The position numbers and the translations under genes were made by a program. The notes below the pieces were generated by a model, which saw only the letters and a program-made list of their open reading frames with translations, had not been told where the DNA came from and ran no database searches. A stretch of 64,000 bases of DNA from Ignavibacteria bacterium (GTDB lineage: Bacteria; Bacteroidota; Ignavibacteria; Kapaibacteriales; Kapaibacteriaceae), in assembly GCA_015709655.1 (NCBI GenBank), contig CP054181.1, positions 15,327 to 79,326 on the forward strand. Reading direction: 5' to 3'. Numbering within the stretch: the stretch's first letter is position 1; each line of letters starts with the position of its first letter. This document shows positions 11,381 through 22,034 of the stretch, one piece after another.

Positions 11381-14062
11381 CTACAGATAGGCTTCAAGTT
11401 CACTCTCGCTTTGCAGTAGAACTGATCTGCCCTTGCTGCCGTCCGGTGGACCCACGATGCCGGCGCTTTCAAGCTCATCTACGATCCTGGCTGCACGGGC
11501 ATAGCCGATTTTTAGGCGCCGCTGTAACGTACTGACTGATGCTTGTTGAAGCTGAATAAAAATGCGGGCGGCGTCAGCAAACAACACGTCAACATCATCG
11601 CTGGTGCTGGTGCCGCCCTGACGTTTCTGGGCAATTGATGGCAAAATATATGGTGTTTTATATCCTTTTTGTTTTCCAATGTGTTCACAAAGGGCTTCAA
11701 CTTCTTCGGTAGAAATAAAAGCATTCTGCATTCGAATTGGCTTAGGTGTATTTCCAGGAGCGAAAAGCATATCACCGTTACCAATCAAGTGCTCGGCACC
11801 ACTGGTATCAAGAATTGTCCGCGAATCAACGCGGGCACTTACCTGGTACGCAATGCGAGCGGGAAAGTTTGCCTTGATAAGACCGGTTACAACGTCAACA
11901 GACGGACGTTGTGTAGCCACCACGCAGTGAATACCAACAGCGCGAGCCAGCTGGGCCAAGCGTACAATGGGTTCTTCTACATCCTTGCCTGCTGTCATCA
12001 TCAGGTCTGCCAACTCATCAATAATGACAACGATATAGGGCATTGGTCTGTGTTTAATACCATCCTTATCCTTGATCTTGCCATCCTTAACCTTGCGGTT
12101 ATAGTCGGCAATATTCCGCTGCCCGCATCCTGCAAGAATATTGTACCTCAGCTGCATTTCTTCGACAACATTTTTCAAGATGGTTACGGCATTGGCAGGT
12201 TCGGTAACAATGGTTTCGTCGATATCAGGCGATACGGCAAGGAAATGATTCTTCAGCTCGCGGTAGAGACTCATCTCAACCCGTTTAGGGTCAACAATCA
12301 CAAACTTCAAATCACGGGGATGCATCCTGTAAATCAGTGATGCAATCAGCGTGTTAATGCCAACAGATTTGCCTTTCCCGGTTGCGCCGGCAATAAGGAG
12401 GTGTGGCATCTTTGTCAGGTCAGCACAGTAAACATCGCCAACGGCAGTTTTTCCTAATGCAATTGGGAGCTTGATATCGGGATTGTGGTATTTTTTACTT
12501 TTTATAATGCTACTGAATCGTACCAGGGACGGATTGAGATTAGGTATTTCGATACCTACCGTACCCTTGCCGGGGACAGGTGCCTGAATTCGTACAGCTG
12601 GTGCTTTAAGGGCAAGCGAAATATCGTCAGCTAGGGATTCAATCTGTGAAACCTTGATACCACTTGCTGGCACAAACTCGTACTGAGTGACAACAGGACC
12701 CGGCTGCACCGTCAGGTTTTCAATTTTAATCCGAAATGTTTCAAGCTTATCCTGCAAGATCTTTGCATTCGTGCGAAGCTCTTCTTCGTTAACCGACACT
12801 TCGTCCGTACCTTCCACCAGGAGAGAAGCTGGAGGTGGCTTATACACAATGTTTTCATCGTAGAGCGTAACGTTGGAGAGTTCTACCTCGGGTTCCCTGT
12901 GAACCTTCTCTTCAACGTTCACGATTAACGTGGGCTCAGCACCACTTTCTTCGGTGGGGGTGTTGGTGTTGGTATCAGTTTCATCATCATCATTTAAAAA
13001 GAGCGGCAGCTCCGGCACATCACCCGGATCGGATGGTCCTTTCTCAATCGGGTTTAAAATACTCGAGTCCAGAGACGTGGTTGCTGACCGCCGCTGGACT
13101 TCATCCAACCCGTAGCGCACATTTTTATCCTGTTTTCCAAGTGCTGCGTCAACCGGTTTTTCCGATGGAACCACGGGCTTAGATGCTATACCAGCTTCTG
13201 CACCGGATCGAACGATCGTAACACCGTCCGCCGATGATCGTGCCGGCCGGACGATGACCGAACCATCATCGGAAGAGCGTTCGGAGACGGTATCTGCAAC
13301 ACCGGCGATCGATTCTGTCTGGTCGGGATCATGACGCTTAGTGGCCTTTGTCCGGACTACATTCATAAGAACTTCACCCCCCCGCCTGGCAAGTGCAGTC
13401 AGTGAGTCAACAGGAATTGTAAATCCAAATGATACGGTAAAGAACAGAGCAGTGAAAAAGAACAGGAAACTTCCGATTGATCCGATGATTGGTGTTAATA
13501 CACCGGCGAAGAACTGTCCAACGGCGCCACTGTAAATGGTTCCTATCTCGGGCAACCAAGACACCAGCTGTGCTGTACCAACAATGGACGACACGATAAT
13601 TGTAGAGAGTACCGTTGCAACGGAACGTTTTGTCAGCAACGGTGAAATCTTCTGAAAACGGTATAAGTCCCATGCTGCCAGCAATCCCAAAATGGGGAAT
13701 GCGACTGACCAGATGCCAACCGTATTTGTGAACAGCCAGTGGCTGATAACTGCACCTAACAGACCAAGCCAGTTATGTGTTGTTTCGAACCGTAGTCGTA
13801 AATCGTCTGTTCCTTTCAGTGTTCCAAAAAGATCACGGGCTGTAAGCTGGGCATTTGCCTCGTCGCGTTGAGTGTACGAAAGCAAGGCCAGCAGAATCAG
13901 AAAGCACAGAAGTGACAGCAGAAAAGCCACGATTCTGATGTTTCGGACCTGCATACCTGGCGCAGCCTGCTCCACAATCGTAGGATCGGGGACCGGCTCG
14001 GACTCAACGATGCGTCTCCTTGCTGAACGTCTGGGGGGTAAATGATCTGGTATTGTCGACAC
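11381..14062 (-). CDS. ftsK: DNA translocase FtsK/SpoIIIE
   Basis: N-terminal multi-TM region, a Pro/Ser/Asp-rich linker, and a C-terminal FtsK motor (GATGKGKSVGINTLIASL, VVIIDELADLMM) with a gamma domain. Confidence 0.9.
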   Translation of the reverse strand: MSTIPDHLPPRRSARRRIVESEPVPDPTIVEQAAPGMQVRNIRIVAFLLSLLCFLILLALLSYTQRDEANAQLTARDLFGTLKGTDDLRLRFETTHNWLGLLGAVISHWLFTNTVGIWSVAFPILGLLAAWDLYRFQKISPLLTKRSVATVLSTIIVSSIVGTAQLVSWLPEIGTIYSGAVGQFFAGVLTPIIGSIGSFLFFFTALFFTVSFGFTIPVDSLTALARRGGEVLMNVVRTKATKRHDPDQTESIAGVADTVSERSSDDGSVIVRPARSSADGVTIVRSGAEAGIASKPVVPSEKPVDAALGKQDKNVRYGLDEVQRRSATTSLDSSILNPIEKGPSDPGDVPELPLFLNDDDETDTNTNTPTEESGAEPTLIVNVEEKVHREPEVELSNVTLYDENIVYKPPPASLLVEGTDEVSVNEEELRTNAKILQDKLETFRIKIENLTVQPGPVVTQYEFVPASGIKVSQIESLADDISLALKAPAVRIQAPVPGKGTVGIEIPNLNPSLVRFSSIIKSKKYHNPDIKLPIALGKTAVGDVYCADLTKMPHLLIAGATGKGKSVGINTLIASLIYRMHPRDLKFVIVDPKRVEMSLYRELKNHFLAVSPDIDETIVTEPANAVTILKNVVEEMQLRYNILAGCGQRNIADYNRKVKDGKIKDKDGIKHRPMPYIVVIIDELADLMMTAGKDVEEPIVRLAQLARAVGIHCVVATQRPSVDVVTGLIKANFPARIAYQVSARVDSRTILDTSGAEHLIGNGDMLFAPGNTPKPIRMQNAFISTEEVEALCEHIGKQKGYKTPYILPSIAQKRQGGTSTSDDVDVLFADAARIFIQLQQASVSTLQRRLKIGYARAARIVDELESAGIVGPPDGSKGRSVLLQSESELEAYL

Positions 14063-14120
14063 AGTTCCTCATTCAAGTAAAATTCGCTGCGCTGAAAATT
14101 ATGGATAATTTGCGGTCTGT

Positions 14121-14906
14121 ATGATATACTCCCCAAACCGATTGCTCCTAATTGCCGGTCCGTGCGTTGTTGAAAGTGCTGAATTAGTCATGGACGTAGC
14201 CCGCCACCTCGTGCAGATTACCAGCGGATTACCAATTGATCTTGTCTTCAAATCTTCGTACCGCAAGGCAAACCGAACAAGTCACACGTCGTTTACCGGC
14301 ATCGGAGATGCAAAAGCGCTAGAGGCTCTCGCCAGAGTGAAAGGGGCTTTTGGCATACCTGTTCTTACTGACATTCACGCAGACCACGAGGCTGCCATTG
14401 CCGCGGAAGTATGTGATGTTCTTCAGATACCTGCCTTCCTCAGCAGACAAACGTCACTCCTTGAAGCTGCCGCTAATACCGGTAAGGTCGTAAATATTAA
14501 AAAGGGCCAGTTTATGGCACCAGAGGATGTTATCAGGGCGGCTGACAAGGTGCTGGCAACCGGCAATCGCCATGTATGGCTAACCGAGCGCGGTACAACT
14601 TTTGGCTACCATGACCTGGTGGTTGACATGAGAGGTCTAATTACAATGAAAGCCTCAGGCTTACCGGTGATTTACGATGCCACGCACAGTGTGCAGCAGC
14701 CCAGTCTTGGAACGCAGAGCGGCGGGAAGTCGGAGTTTATTTCCGGGCTGGCACACGCAGCGATGGCTACCGGAATTGGAGGGCTATTCATTGAAACACA
14801 CCCGGATCCGCCTCGTGCACTCAGTGACGCAGCCACACAAATGCCTCTGCATTTGGTTGAGAACTTTCTACATTCCATTTTGCGTGTATGGAATGCCGTA
14901 CGATAG
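14121..14906 (+). CDS. kdsA: 3-deoxy-8-phosphooctulonate (KDO-8-P) synthase
   Basis: LLLIAGPCVVES...FKSSYRKANRTS...LTERGTTFGY is the KdsA/DAHP-synthase-I family pattern. Confidence 0.85.
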   Translation: MIYSPNRLLLIAGPCVVESAELVMDVARHLVQITSGLPIDLVFKSSYRKANRTSHTSFTGIGDAKALEALARVKGAFGIPVLTDIHADHEAAIAAEVCDVLQIPAFLSRQTSLLEAAANTGKVVNIKKGQFMAPEDVIRAADKVLATGNRHVWLTERGTTFGYHDLVVDMRGLITMKASGLPVIYDATHSVQQPSLGTQSGGKSEFISGLAHAAMATGIGGLFIETHPDPPRALSDAATQMPLHLVENFLHSILRVWNAVR

Positions 14907-15436
14907 GTTACGCACTCAGCATTGCTGCCACAATGGTATTACTTACCTCTAGTTCCCAGCATCAACAGTATAAACGCTCTGATAATGATCCTTACTTGAT
15001 GGCACCACTTCATGTTAGCTACAATATTCAGGTACGGTTTCAGGACAGTTCATTTACAAAAGCTGTTCTGCAAGCAGGCAAAGCTCAAGTGTATGAAACA
15101 CGAATGGAAACATTACTCGGTCAGGGAATCCGAATTGTGTTTTATGAAAAAAACAGCGTAAAAGAAGTTGCTACTCTTGTGGCAGACAGTGCAGTGATTG
15201 ATGACCGAACAAAAAATATGACTGCGATTGGAAACGTAGTCGTACACTCGGATTCAAGCAATACTACGCTGAAAACAGCAACACTTAACTGGGATCAGGG
15301 TGACGAGAAAATTAAAACCTCAGATGCCGTTCGGATTACCACACCTACAGAAGAGATAGACGGCATTGGTTTTGTATCAGATCACATGCTAATTAATTAT
15401 ACGATATTCCGAGTGAGAGGAGTACACCGCCGATGA
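14888..15436 (+). CDS. LptC-like (OstA-N family) lipopolysaccharide export protein, N-terminal membrane anchor
   Basis: A single N-terminal TM segment (IGYALSIAATMVLLTS) followed by an LptC-like beta-jellyroll pattern (AGKAQVYETRMETLLGQGIRIVFYEKN...AIGNVVVHS...ATLNWDQGDEKIKTSDAVRITT). Overlaps the kdsA 3' end by 19 nt. The call rests on pattern resemblance only. Confidence 0.5.
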   Translation: MECRTIGYALSIAATMVLLTSSSQHQQYKRSDNDPYLMAPLHVSYNIQVRFQDSSFTKAVLQAGKAQVYETRMETLLGQGIRIVFYEKNSVKEVATLVADSAVIDDRTKNMTAIGNVVVHSDSSNTTLKTATLNWDQGDEKIKTSDAVRITTPTEEIDGIGFVSDHMLINYTIFRVRGVHRR

Positions 15437-16221
15437 AAAAAACCTATGTTATTGGTAATTGGAAAATGACTGCGAGCGGATCAGAAGGCATCAACCTTGC
15501 TCGACTCTTACGAAGCGGATCCAGCTCGGAAGCTCTGGACCTTTTAGGCGATGACAACATCGAGTATGACAATCGCGACCTGGTTCCAATTGTGATATGT
15601 CCGCCTTTTCCGGTTTTAAGCGAAGTTGCCAGACTGTTTCATGGTACACGCTTCTACGTTGGTGCACAGGACTGTCACTATCATGACAAGGGGGCTTTTA
15701 CAGGCGACGTAAGTCCTGCAATGCTGGCTGAACTTGGATGCACCTGGGTGATCGTCGGACACAGTGAACGACGTCGGTACCATTCCGAAACAAATCAGGT
15801 CATTGGAAAGAAAGCTGCTGCAGCTCTCAGGAACGGATTAACGCCGATCGTTTGTATCGGAGAAAACCAGGACGAACGTCGGCAGGGGAGAACAGAGGCG
15901 GTGCTGATAGAGCAGATTGACGGAATCGTCTCGGAACTTGGTCCTGAATCACTTCAGAAATGCGTGATCGCATACGAGCCTGTCTGGGCCATCGGCACAG
16001 GTAACGCTGCAACATCTGACCAGGCTACCAGTGTACATTCAACAGTCAAGCAGCACTGTCTGATCATTTGCGGCAAACAATTGCCCGTGCTTTACGGTGG
16101 AAGCGTTACGTCTGATAATGCGCGAGACTTTATATCGATGGCTGACATTGACGGAGTACTTGTTGGAGGAGCTTCGCTCAGCAGTGACTTTCTTTCCATT
16201 GCCATTGCTGCCGGTGCCTGA
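15433..16221 (+). CDS. tpiA: Triosephosphate isomerase
   Basis: VIGNWKM, IVGHSERR and AYEPVWAIGTG active-site motifs. Overlaps the lptC-like stop by 4 nt. Confidence 0.9.
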   Translation: MKKTYVIGNWKMTASGSEGINLARLLRSGSSSEALDLLGDDNIEYDNRDLVPIVICPPFPVLSEVARLFHGTRFYVGAQDCHYHDKGAFTGDVSPAMLAELGCTWVIVGHSERRRYHSETNQVIGKKAAAALRNGLTPIVCIGENQDERRQGRTEAVLIEQIDGIVSELGPESLQKCVIAYEPVWAIGTGNAATSDQATSVHSTVKQHCLIICGKQLPVLYGGSVTSDNARDFISMADIDGVLVGGASLSSDFLSIAIAAGA

Positions 16222-17318
16222 TGAATCTTACGTTTGCCAATATTCTTACACTAACGCGACTGTTTCTTGCGCCAATTGTTCTTGCACTCGCTGTAGCCGG
16301 TACACCACTTACAGTTTCGTTGGCCTGCATTACCTTTATTGCTGCTGCCCTGACTGACTGGCTTGACGGGTATCTTGCCAGAGCCTACGGACAGGTAACG
16401 GATATGGGAGCATACCTTGATCCGCTGGCAGATAAAGTGCTAACAATTTCTGCCTTCGTAACGTTTTATATTATCGGAATCATGCCGCTTTGGATGGTAC
16501 TGGTTAATGTTATTCGTGATTTTGTTGTTACTGCTTTACGCAACATTGCTGAAGAGCGTGGAACATCTGTTAAAACTACCCGCCTTGCTAAATGGAAGAC
16601 TGCTCTGCAAATGGTTGTCATCATCAGCGTCTTATTCCTGTACTGGCTTTCGATCACCGATCCCGGGTTTGAACTCTCAGGTATGGTTTTAGGTACAACG
16701 ACCGATATTGTTTCTATACTGTATTCAAAATTGGTATGGTGGATGTTGCTTGTACTCACTGTTTACACCCTGATCACCGGTATTGACTATACAGTTCGAT
16801 ACCGTAACCTGCTTTCCAGACCAATCATGAGCAGCCATCAGATTGCAGTCACCATTGCCACCGTAGGATACACTGGGTACCTGCCGGTTGCACCCGGATC
16901 GTGGTGCAGCCTTGTGTTCATGTTTATTGCGCTCATTACTACCGGAGTAGCCGACGTCTGGTTCTGGTTCTGTATTGCGGCATGTGCACTAGCCCTTCCA
17001 GCACTGTGGGCAATTAAAACTCTTCAGCCGTCGTGGGGTCCAGACCCGGGTCGAATTGTTATTGACGAGGCAATTGGAATGTGTGTAGTTTATGCAGTAC
17101 CAATGATGACCGCCAGTGTCTGGTACATCGTAGGCGGGTTCCTGTTATTCAGGATTTTCGATATTGCAAAGCCCGTTCCAGCCTCTACACTGAACAACCG
17201 AACCGAAGCCTGGGCAGTAATTGCCGACGATGTGATTGCCTCCATTTATACCATTGTAGTGGTGTACTGCATTAATTTTTTCGTTCAATTGACCCCTTTT
17301 GCTCTGAAAACCTTGTAA
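16221..17318 (+). CDS. pgsA: Fused CDP-diacylglycerol--glycerol-3-phosphate 3-phosphatidyltransferase / phosphatidylglycerophosphatase A (PgsA-PgpA)
   Basis: N-terminal half carries the CDP-alcohol phosphatidyltransferase motif DWLDGYLARAYGQVTDMGAYLDPLADKV. C-terminal half matches PgpA (GYLPVAPGSWCSL, IVIDEAIGM, FRIFDIAKPVPA, VIADDVIASI). No stop codon separates the halves. The start overlaps the tpiA stop (ATGA). Confidence 0.8.
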   Translation: MNLTFANILTLTRLFLAPIVLALAVAGTPLTVSLACITFIAAALTDWLDGYLARAYGQVTDMGAYLDPLADKVLTISAFVTFYIIGIMPLWMVLVNVIRDFVVTALRNIAEERGTSVKTTRLAKWKTALQMVVIISVLFLYWLSITDPGFELSGMVLGTTTDIVSILYSKLVWWMLLVLTVYTLITGIDYTVRYRNLLSRPIMSSHQIAVTIATVGYTGYLPVAPGSWCSLVFMFIALITTGVADVWFWFCIAACALALPALWAIKTLQPSWGPDPGRIVIDEAIGMCVVYAVPMMTASVWYIVGGFLLFRIFDIAKPVPASTLNNRTEAWAVIADDVIASIYTIVVVYCINFFVQLTPFALKTL

Positions 17319-17419
17319 ATACGGTCATTGTGGAAAAATTACCCTTGCTAACCCGCATGGTTATGGGCTATGTTCGAACTGTAATTAATTCATCTTCATC
17401 ACACTCATACGAGGTTTGT

Positions 17420-17761
17420 ATGAACAAGGCAGAGCTAGTTGAAGCGATTGCCAATGGTGCCGGCCTCAGTAAAACACTGGCCGATGCAGCTCTCAGCGCA
17501 ACACTCACGGCTATTAAAACTGAGATGGGCAAAGGGAATGATGTTTCCTTAATTGGTTTTGGCTCCTTCAAGGTAGGCAAACGTGCTGCACGCATGGGGC
17601 GCAACCCGCAAACGGGCAAGCCGCAAAAGATTGCAGCTCGTAAGGTTGCTAAGTTCTCGCCGGGCGCCGAACTGAAAGCCATTGTCAACGGCGAAAAGAA
17701 GGCCGCTTCTGCAAAGAAAGCAGCACCAGCTAAGAAAGCCGCAGCAAAGAAGAAGAAGTGA
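17420..17761 (+). CDS. HU family DNA-binding protein with Lys/Ala-rich C-terminal tail
   Basis: MNKAELVEAIA...GFGSFKVGKRAARMGRNPQTGK is the HU/IHF fold. The tail is AKKAAPAKKAAAKKKK. Start taken at M31 of ORF 17330. Confidence 0.85.
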   Translation: MNKAELVEAIANGAGLSKTLADAALSATLTAIKTEMGKGNDVSLIGFGSFKVGKRAARMGRNPQTGKPQKIAARKVAKFSPGAELKAIVNGEKKAASAKKAAPAKKAAAKKKK

Positions 17762-17778
17762 CGGCTCACGTACGACGA

Positions 17779-17807
17779 GGCTCACATTTTTGTGAGCCTT
17801 TTTTTTT
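17779..17807 (+). terminator. Rho-independent terminator downstream of the HU gene
   Basis: Hairpin GGCTCACA-tttt-TGTGAGCC followed by a run of 9 T, 18 nt after the HU stop. Confidence 0.65.
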
Positions 17808-17830
17808 GCCATTCCATAGCTTTGCTTTGA

Positions 17831-18745
17831 ATGAAACAGAACAATCTTGTTCGCATCACCGATTTGACTGACGATGATATTGATGCCATCCTTGGTACTG
17901 CATCGGTATTCCTTAAGAAAGATGATCATCGTTTGAAGTTGCCAGTGAGCCTGGCCGGATACAATATCTGCCTTCTGTTTTTTGAGCCATCCACGCGAAC
18001 CCGCATGTCATTTGAACTGGCTTCGCATCGTCTCGGAGCAACGGTATCAACCTTTGTTCCGCTTGGCTCCAGCATCTCAAAAGGCGAATCGGCAAACGAA
18101 ACTGTTGCCACTGTTTCGCACATGGGATTTGACCTGTTGGTGATCCGTAGTGCTCTGGACGGATTAACTGATTATGCCGCAACCCTGGGCACTACACCCG
18201 TACTGAGTGGTGGCGAAACCACCGTCACTCATCCAACTCAGGCGCTGCTGGATGCGTCAGCCATAATGGAAGCACGCGGCTCTTCCCTCCATGGGGAACG
18301 TATAGTCATCGTAGGCGACGTGCGCCATTCCAGAGTAGCCCGCTCGCAGGCTGAACTTTTTATTCGTCTGGGGGCGACGGTAGCGCTGTGCGCACCACCG
18401 GAATTTCAGCCCCTTGCCAACGATGAAGTGTTCAGAGACATCCCTACACTCGAGTCTGTCTCTGATGCTCTTGAATGGGGTACTGTGGTGAGTATGCTAC
18501 GAATCCAGCATGAACGGCTTGGTACAGACGCTGTTCCCGGTATAGAACATTACCGTAGGCAGTACGCACTTACATCACAGCACCTTGCAGAGTTGACATC
18601 TACCTTAGTAATCCATCCAGGCCCGGTTAACGAAGGAGTAGAAATCGATGGTGAGTTGTTAACCCACAAAAATGTACTGATACACCGGCAGGTTACTCAT
18701 GGAGTGGCTGTACGGATGGCTGTTTTGCAACACATGTTAAGCTAA
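17831..18745 (+). CDS. pyrB: Aspartate carbamoyltransferase catalytic subunit
   Basis: STRTR motif ([15 protein letters not shown]) and HPGP ([10 protein letters not shown]), at typical ATCase length. Confidence 0.9.
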   Translation: MKQNNLVRITDLTDDDIDAILGTASVFLKKDDHRLKLPVSLAGYNICLLFFEPSTRTRMSFELASHRLGATVSTFVPLGSSISKGESANETVATVSHMGFDLLVIRSALDGLTDYAATLGTTPVLSGGETTVTHPTQALLDASAIMEARGSSLHGERIVIVGDVRHSRVARSQAELFIRLGATVALCAPPEFQPLANDEVFRDIPTLESVSDALEWGTVVSMLRIQHERLGTDAVPGIEHYRRQYALTSQHLAELTSTLVIHPGPVNEGVEIDGELLTHKNVLIHRQVTHGVAVRMAVLQHMLS

Positions 18746-18750
18746 TAATT

Positions 18751-21700
18751 ATGCCCAAAAGAACAGACATACACACCATACTGGTTATTGGATCAGGCCC
18801 AATTGTAATCGGACAGGCATGCGAGTTTGATTATTCCGGTACACAGGCATGCAAGGTGCTAAAGCAGGAGGGATATCGGGTGGTGTTGGTAAACAGCAAT
18901 CCGGCTACCATCATGACGGACCCCGAAACAGCTGATGCTACCTACGTAGAACCGATAACAACTGAGTACATTGAGAAAATAATCCAAATCGAAAAGCCGG
19001 ATGCAATTCTTCCAACAATGGGCGGCCAGGTAGCTTTAAACGCTGCTGTTGCATTGCATGAGAGCGGCATCCTAAAGAAATATAATATCGAACTGATTGG
19101 GTCACAGATTGATTCAATTCAAAAAGCTGAAGATCGAGAGAGCTTCATGCATGCTATGAAGAGGATTGGAATGGACATGCCACGGGGTGGGTTTGTCCAT
19201 TCAGAAGAAGGCGGCATGGAGATAATTGACACCGTGGGATTCCCGGCGATTATCCGACCAAGCTTTACTCTTGGAGGTACCGGGGGCGGCATTGCCTACA
19301 ACATGCAAGAATACCGTGAACTGCTCAGGAGCGGTCTTTTGGCAAGTCCTGTACACCGGGTTCTTGTGGAAGAAAGTATTATCGGCTGGAAAGAGCTTGA
19401 ACTGGAGGTAATGCGTGATTCAAACGATAATGTGGTGATCGTCTGTAGTATCGAAAACGTTGACCCAATGGGAGTGCATACCGGCGACTCTATTACGGTT
19501 GCCCCCTCACAGACACTTACTGATGCCGAATATCAGAAAATGCGTACTGCTGCACTGGCAATCATCAGGGAGATTGGCGTTGAAACTGGTGGCTCGAATA
19601 TTCAGTTTGCACTCCATCCCGAAACGGCACGGATGGTTGTCATTGAGATGAACCCACGAGTGTCGCGATCATCTGCACTAGCCTCTAAAGCTACCGGCTT
19701 CCCGATTGCCAAAATCGCAGCACTCCTTGCCGTAGGCTATACTCTTGATGAGTTGACTAATGACATTACAAAGAAAACACCCGCCTGCTTTGAACCTGCT
19801 ATTGACTACGTTGTTGCCAAAGTACCACGTTGGGATTTTGAGAAATTCCATGAACACAATACAACGTTGGGCGTCCAAATGAAGTCAGTCGGCGAGGCAA
19901 TGGCCTTTGGTAGAAATTACAAGGAAGCCCTGCAAAAGGCATTGCGATCGATTGAGCGCGGACGTTATGGTTTTGGGTTCGACAGCCATTCATATCGTCA
20001 GATCGAACACCGTACCGAAGAGGAGCTTGTCCCGTTAAAACAACAACTCCGTATCAGACACAGTGAATCGATTTTTGATTTATGCGATGCTCTGCGGTTT
20101 GGTATCCCTGTTGACGAAATTTCACGGATCACGGGCTATAATGCCTGGTTTGTACACCAGTGCAAGGAAATTGTTGATACGGCGCACAGTATCATAGAAG
20201 CATCAAACACCGGGACCACACTCCAGCAGGTAGATGCTGCCACGATGCGCCACCTGAAACGCATGGGTTTTAGTGACGTTCAGCTTGCAGTTCTGTATAA
20301 TACAACCGAGGCGGCTGTTGCAGGTCATCGCCGATTGCTTGGTGTAATCCCGGTTTTCAAAACCGTTGACACATGTGCTGCTGAGTTCGAATCCTCAACA
20401 CCGTATCATTATTCCACCTACGAACAAGAGAATGAGTCTGCCGTTACTGACCGAAAAAAAATTATTATTCTCGGCAGCGGACCCAATCGTATTGGGCAGG
20501 GCATTGAATTTGACTACTGCTGTGTTCAGGGGGTTTTCGCCTTGAAAGCAATGGGATTTGAAACAATTATGATTAATTGCAATCCCGAGACGGTTTCCAC
20601 TGATTATGACACTACTGACAAACTGTACTTTGAACCGCTTACGTTCGAAGACATCATGCATATTGTTGACCTTGAAAAACCCTACGGTGTTGTTGTAACC
20701 TTCGGAGGTCAGACGCCCCTTAAACTTGCACAACGCCTGGCTGATGCTGGTGTTCCAATCATTGGAACATCGCCCGATGGCATTGATCTTGCCGAGGATC
20801 GCCAACGCTTCGGAGATCTCCTTTCCCGTCTTGGCATCCCGTGTCCACCTTGGGGAACAACACTTTCCACCGATGAAGCAGCCAACATTGCTCGTCGGAT
20901 TGGATACCCGGTATTGGTACGCCCATCGTACGTACTTGGTGGACGTGCCATGCAGATATGCTTTCGGGAGGAGCGCCTTCGAGAATATATCGAAGAGGCT
21001 ATCACCCAGGATCCAACGCGCCCGGTACTCATTGATCATTTTCTTGAAAATGCTTCCGAATTTGATGTTGATGCGGTCAGCGACGGCACAACCGTTGTTA
21101 TCGGAGGCATTATGCAGCATATCGAGGAAGCAGGCGTACATAGCGGTGACTCGTCGAGTGTGTTGCCTCCGTACGATATCTCTGAAGAGGTTTTGGAAAC
21201 CATGATCAGGTACACCAGAATGCTGGCCCTGAAGTTAAACGTCGTGGGTTTAATTAACCTGCAATTTGCTGTACAGAATGGTGTTGTTTACGTCCTGGAA
21301 GTTAATCCGCGTGCTTCACGCACCGTCCCCTTTGTTTCTAAAGCAACCGGAATACGCTTGGCACAGGTTGCAGCACGCGTGATGGCGGGTGAACCACTAA
21401 ACCCGGACGAGTTTCCTGAGAAGCCGGAAATGAACCGCAGAGTTGCCATTAAGGAATCGGTCTTTCCATTTATGAAGTTCCCACATGCAAGTTTGTTCCT
21501 GGGACCTGAAATGAGGTCAACCGGTGAAGTAATGGGAATGGACCGCAGTTTTGGTGAAGCCATCATTAAGAGTCATATTTCAGCCGGAAATACCTTGCCA
21601 CTGGAAGGCAATGTTTTTATATCGCTTAGCTCGTATGATAAAACTCAGCGTGCAATTGATTTGGCAAGGGGCTATGCCAGCCTTGGATTTACAATCATGG

Positions 21701-22020
21701 CAACCGGTGGGACGGCTACGTTCCTGGAAGACAACGGTGTACAAGCCCAACGTGTTCTTAAACACTACGAAGGACGACCAAGTATCATTGACTTAATTGC
21801 TGACGGTAAAATCCAACTGGCCATTAACACCCCATTGGGTGAGAGTGCCCGGTATGACGAAGCCATCATGGGAAGAACTGCAATGCGGTACACCGTACCA
21901 TTTTTTACTACCATTGCTGCCGCTGAGGCTTCGTTACACGGAATAAAGGCACTGAGGACTGGTACTACTACTGTACAATCGCTACAATCACACTACGCAG
22001 ACGCGGTGTCGACCGCCTAG
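18751..22020 (+). CDS. carB: Carbamoyl-phosphate synthase large subunit
   Basis: 1089 aa with duplicated ATP-grasp halves ([21 protein letters not shown]... and [21 protein letters not shown]...) and a C-terminal MGS-like domain. Confidence 0.95.
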   Translation: MPKRTDIHTILVIGSGPIVIGQACEFDYSGTQACKVLKQEGYRVVLVNSNPATIMTDPETADATYVEPITTEYIEKIIQIEKPDAILPTMGGQVALNAAVALHESGILKKYNIELIGSQIDSIQKAEDRESFMHAMKRIGMDMPRGGFVHSEEGGMEIIDTVGFPAIIRPSFTLGGTGGGIAYNMQEYRELLRSGLLASPVHRVLVEESIIGWKELELEVMRDSNDNVVIVCSIENVDPMGVHTGDSITVAPSQTLTDAEYQKMRTAALAIIREIGVETGGSNIQFALHPETARMVVIEMNPRVSRSSALASKATGFPIAKIAALLAVGYTLDELTNDITKKTPACFEPAIDYVVAKVPRWDFEKFHEHNTTLGVQMKSVGEAMAFGRNYKEALQKALRSIERGRYGFGFDSHSYRQIEHRTEEELVPLKQQLRIRHSESIFDLCDALRFGIPVDEISRITGYNAWFVHQCKEIVDTAHSIIEASNTGTTLQQVDAATMRHLKRMGFSDVQLAVLYNTTEAAVAGHRRLLGVIPVFKTVDTCAAEFESSTPYHYSTYEQENESAVTDRKKIIILGSGPNRIGQGIEFDYCCVQGVFALKAMGFETIMINCNPETVSTDYDTTDKLYFEPLTFEDIMHIVDLEKPYGVVVTFGGQTPLKLAQRLADAGVPIIGTSPDGIDLAEDRQRFGDLLSRLGIPCPPWGTTLSTDEAANIARRIGYPVLVRPSYVLGGRAMQICFREERLREYIEEAITQDPTRPVLIDHFLENASEFDVDAVSDGTTVVIGGIMQHIEEAGVHSGDSSSVLPPYDISEEVLETMIRYTRMLALKLNVVGLINLQFAVQNGVVYVLEVNPRASRTVPFVSKATGIRLAQVAARVMAGEPLNPDEFPEKPEMNRRVAIKESVFPFMKFPHASLFLGPEMRSTGEVMGMDRSFGEAIIKSHISAGNTLPLEGNVFISLSSYDKTQRAIDLARGYASLGFTIMATGGTATFLEDNGVQAQRVLKHYEGRPSIIDLIADGKIQLAINTPLGESARYDEAIMGRTAMRYTVPFFTTIAAAEASLHGIKALRTGTTTVQSLQSHYADAVSTA

Positions 22021-22034
22021 TACACCCTACAGGT

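Noticed and set aside
14888-14906. The kdsA/lptC-like 19-nt overlap, and the MTHFS/secreted-protein 19-nt overlap, as possible frameshift or fusion sites
   Set aside because: Both downstream ORFs begin with plausible N-terminal membrane or signal segments at the overlapping ATG. Short same-strand overlaps are normal for operonic genes, and no continuous alternative frame supports a fusion.
20395-21141. 248-aa ORF antisense to carB, plus similar long antisense or alternate-frame ORFs inside other genes (ftsK 11669..12340, uvrA 9814..10290, carboxyltransferase 56600..57076, oxidase 58433..58867)
   Set aside because: They lie wholly within strongly supported conserved genes, have no motifs and have low-complexity translations. 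Spurious ORFs of this kind are common opposite long genes at this GC content.
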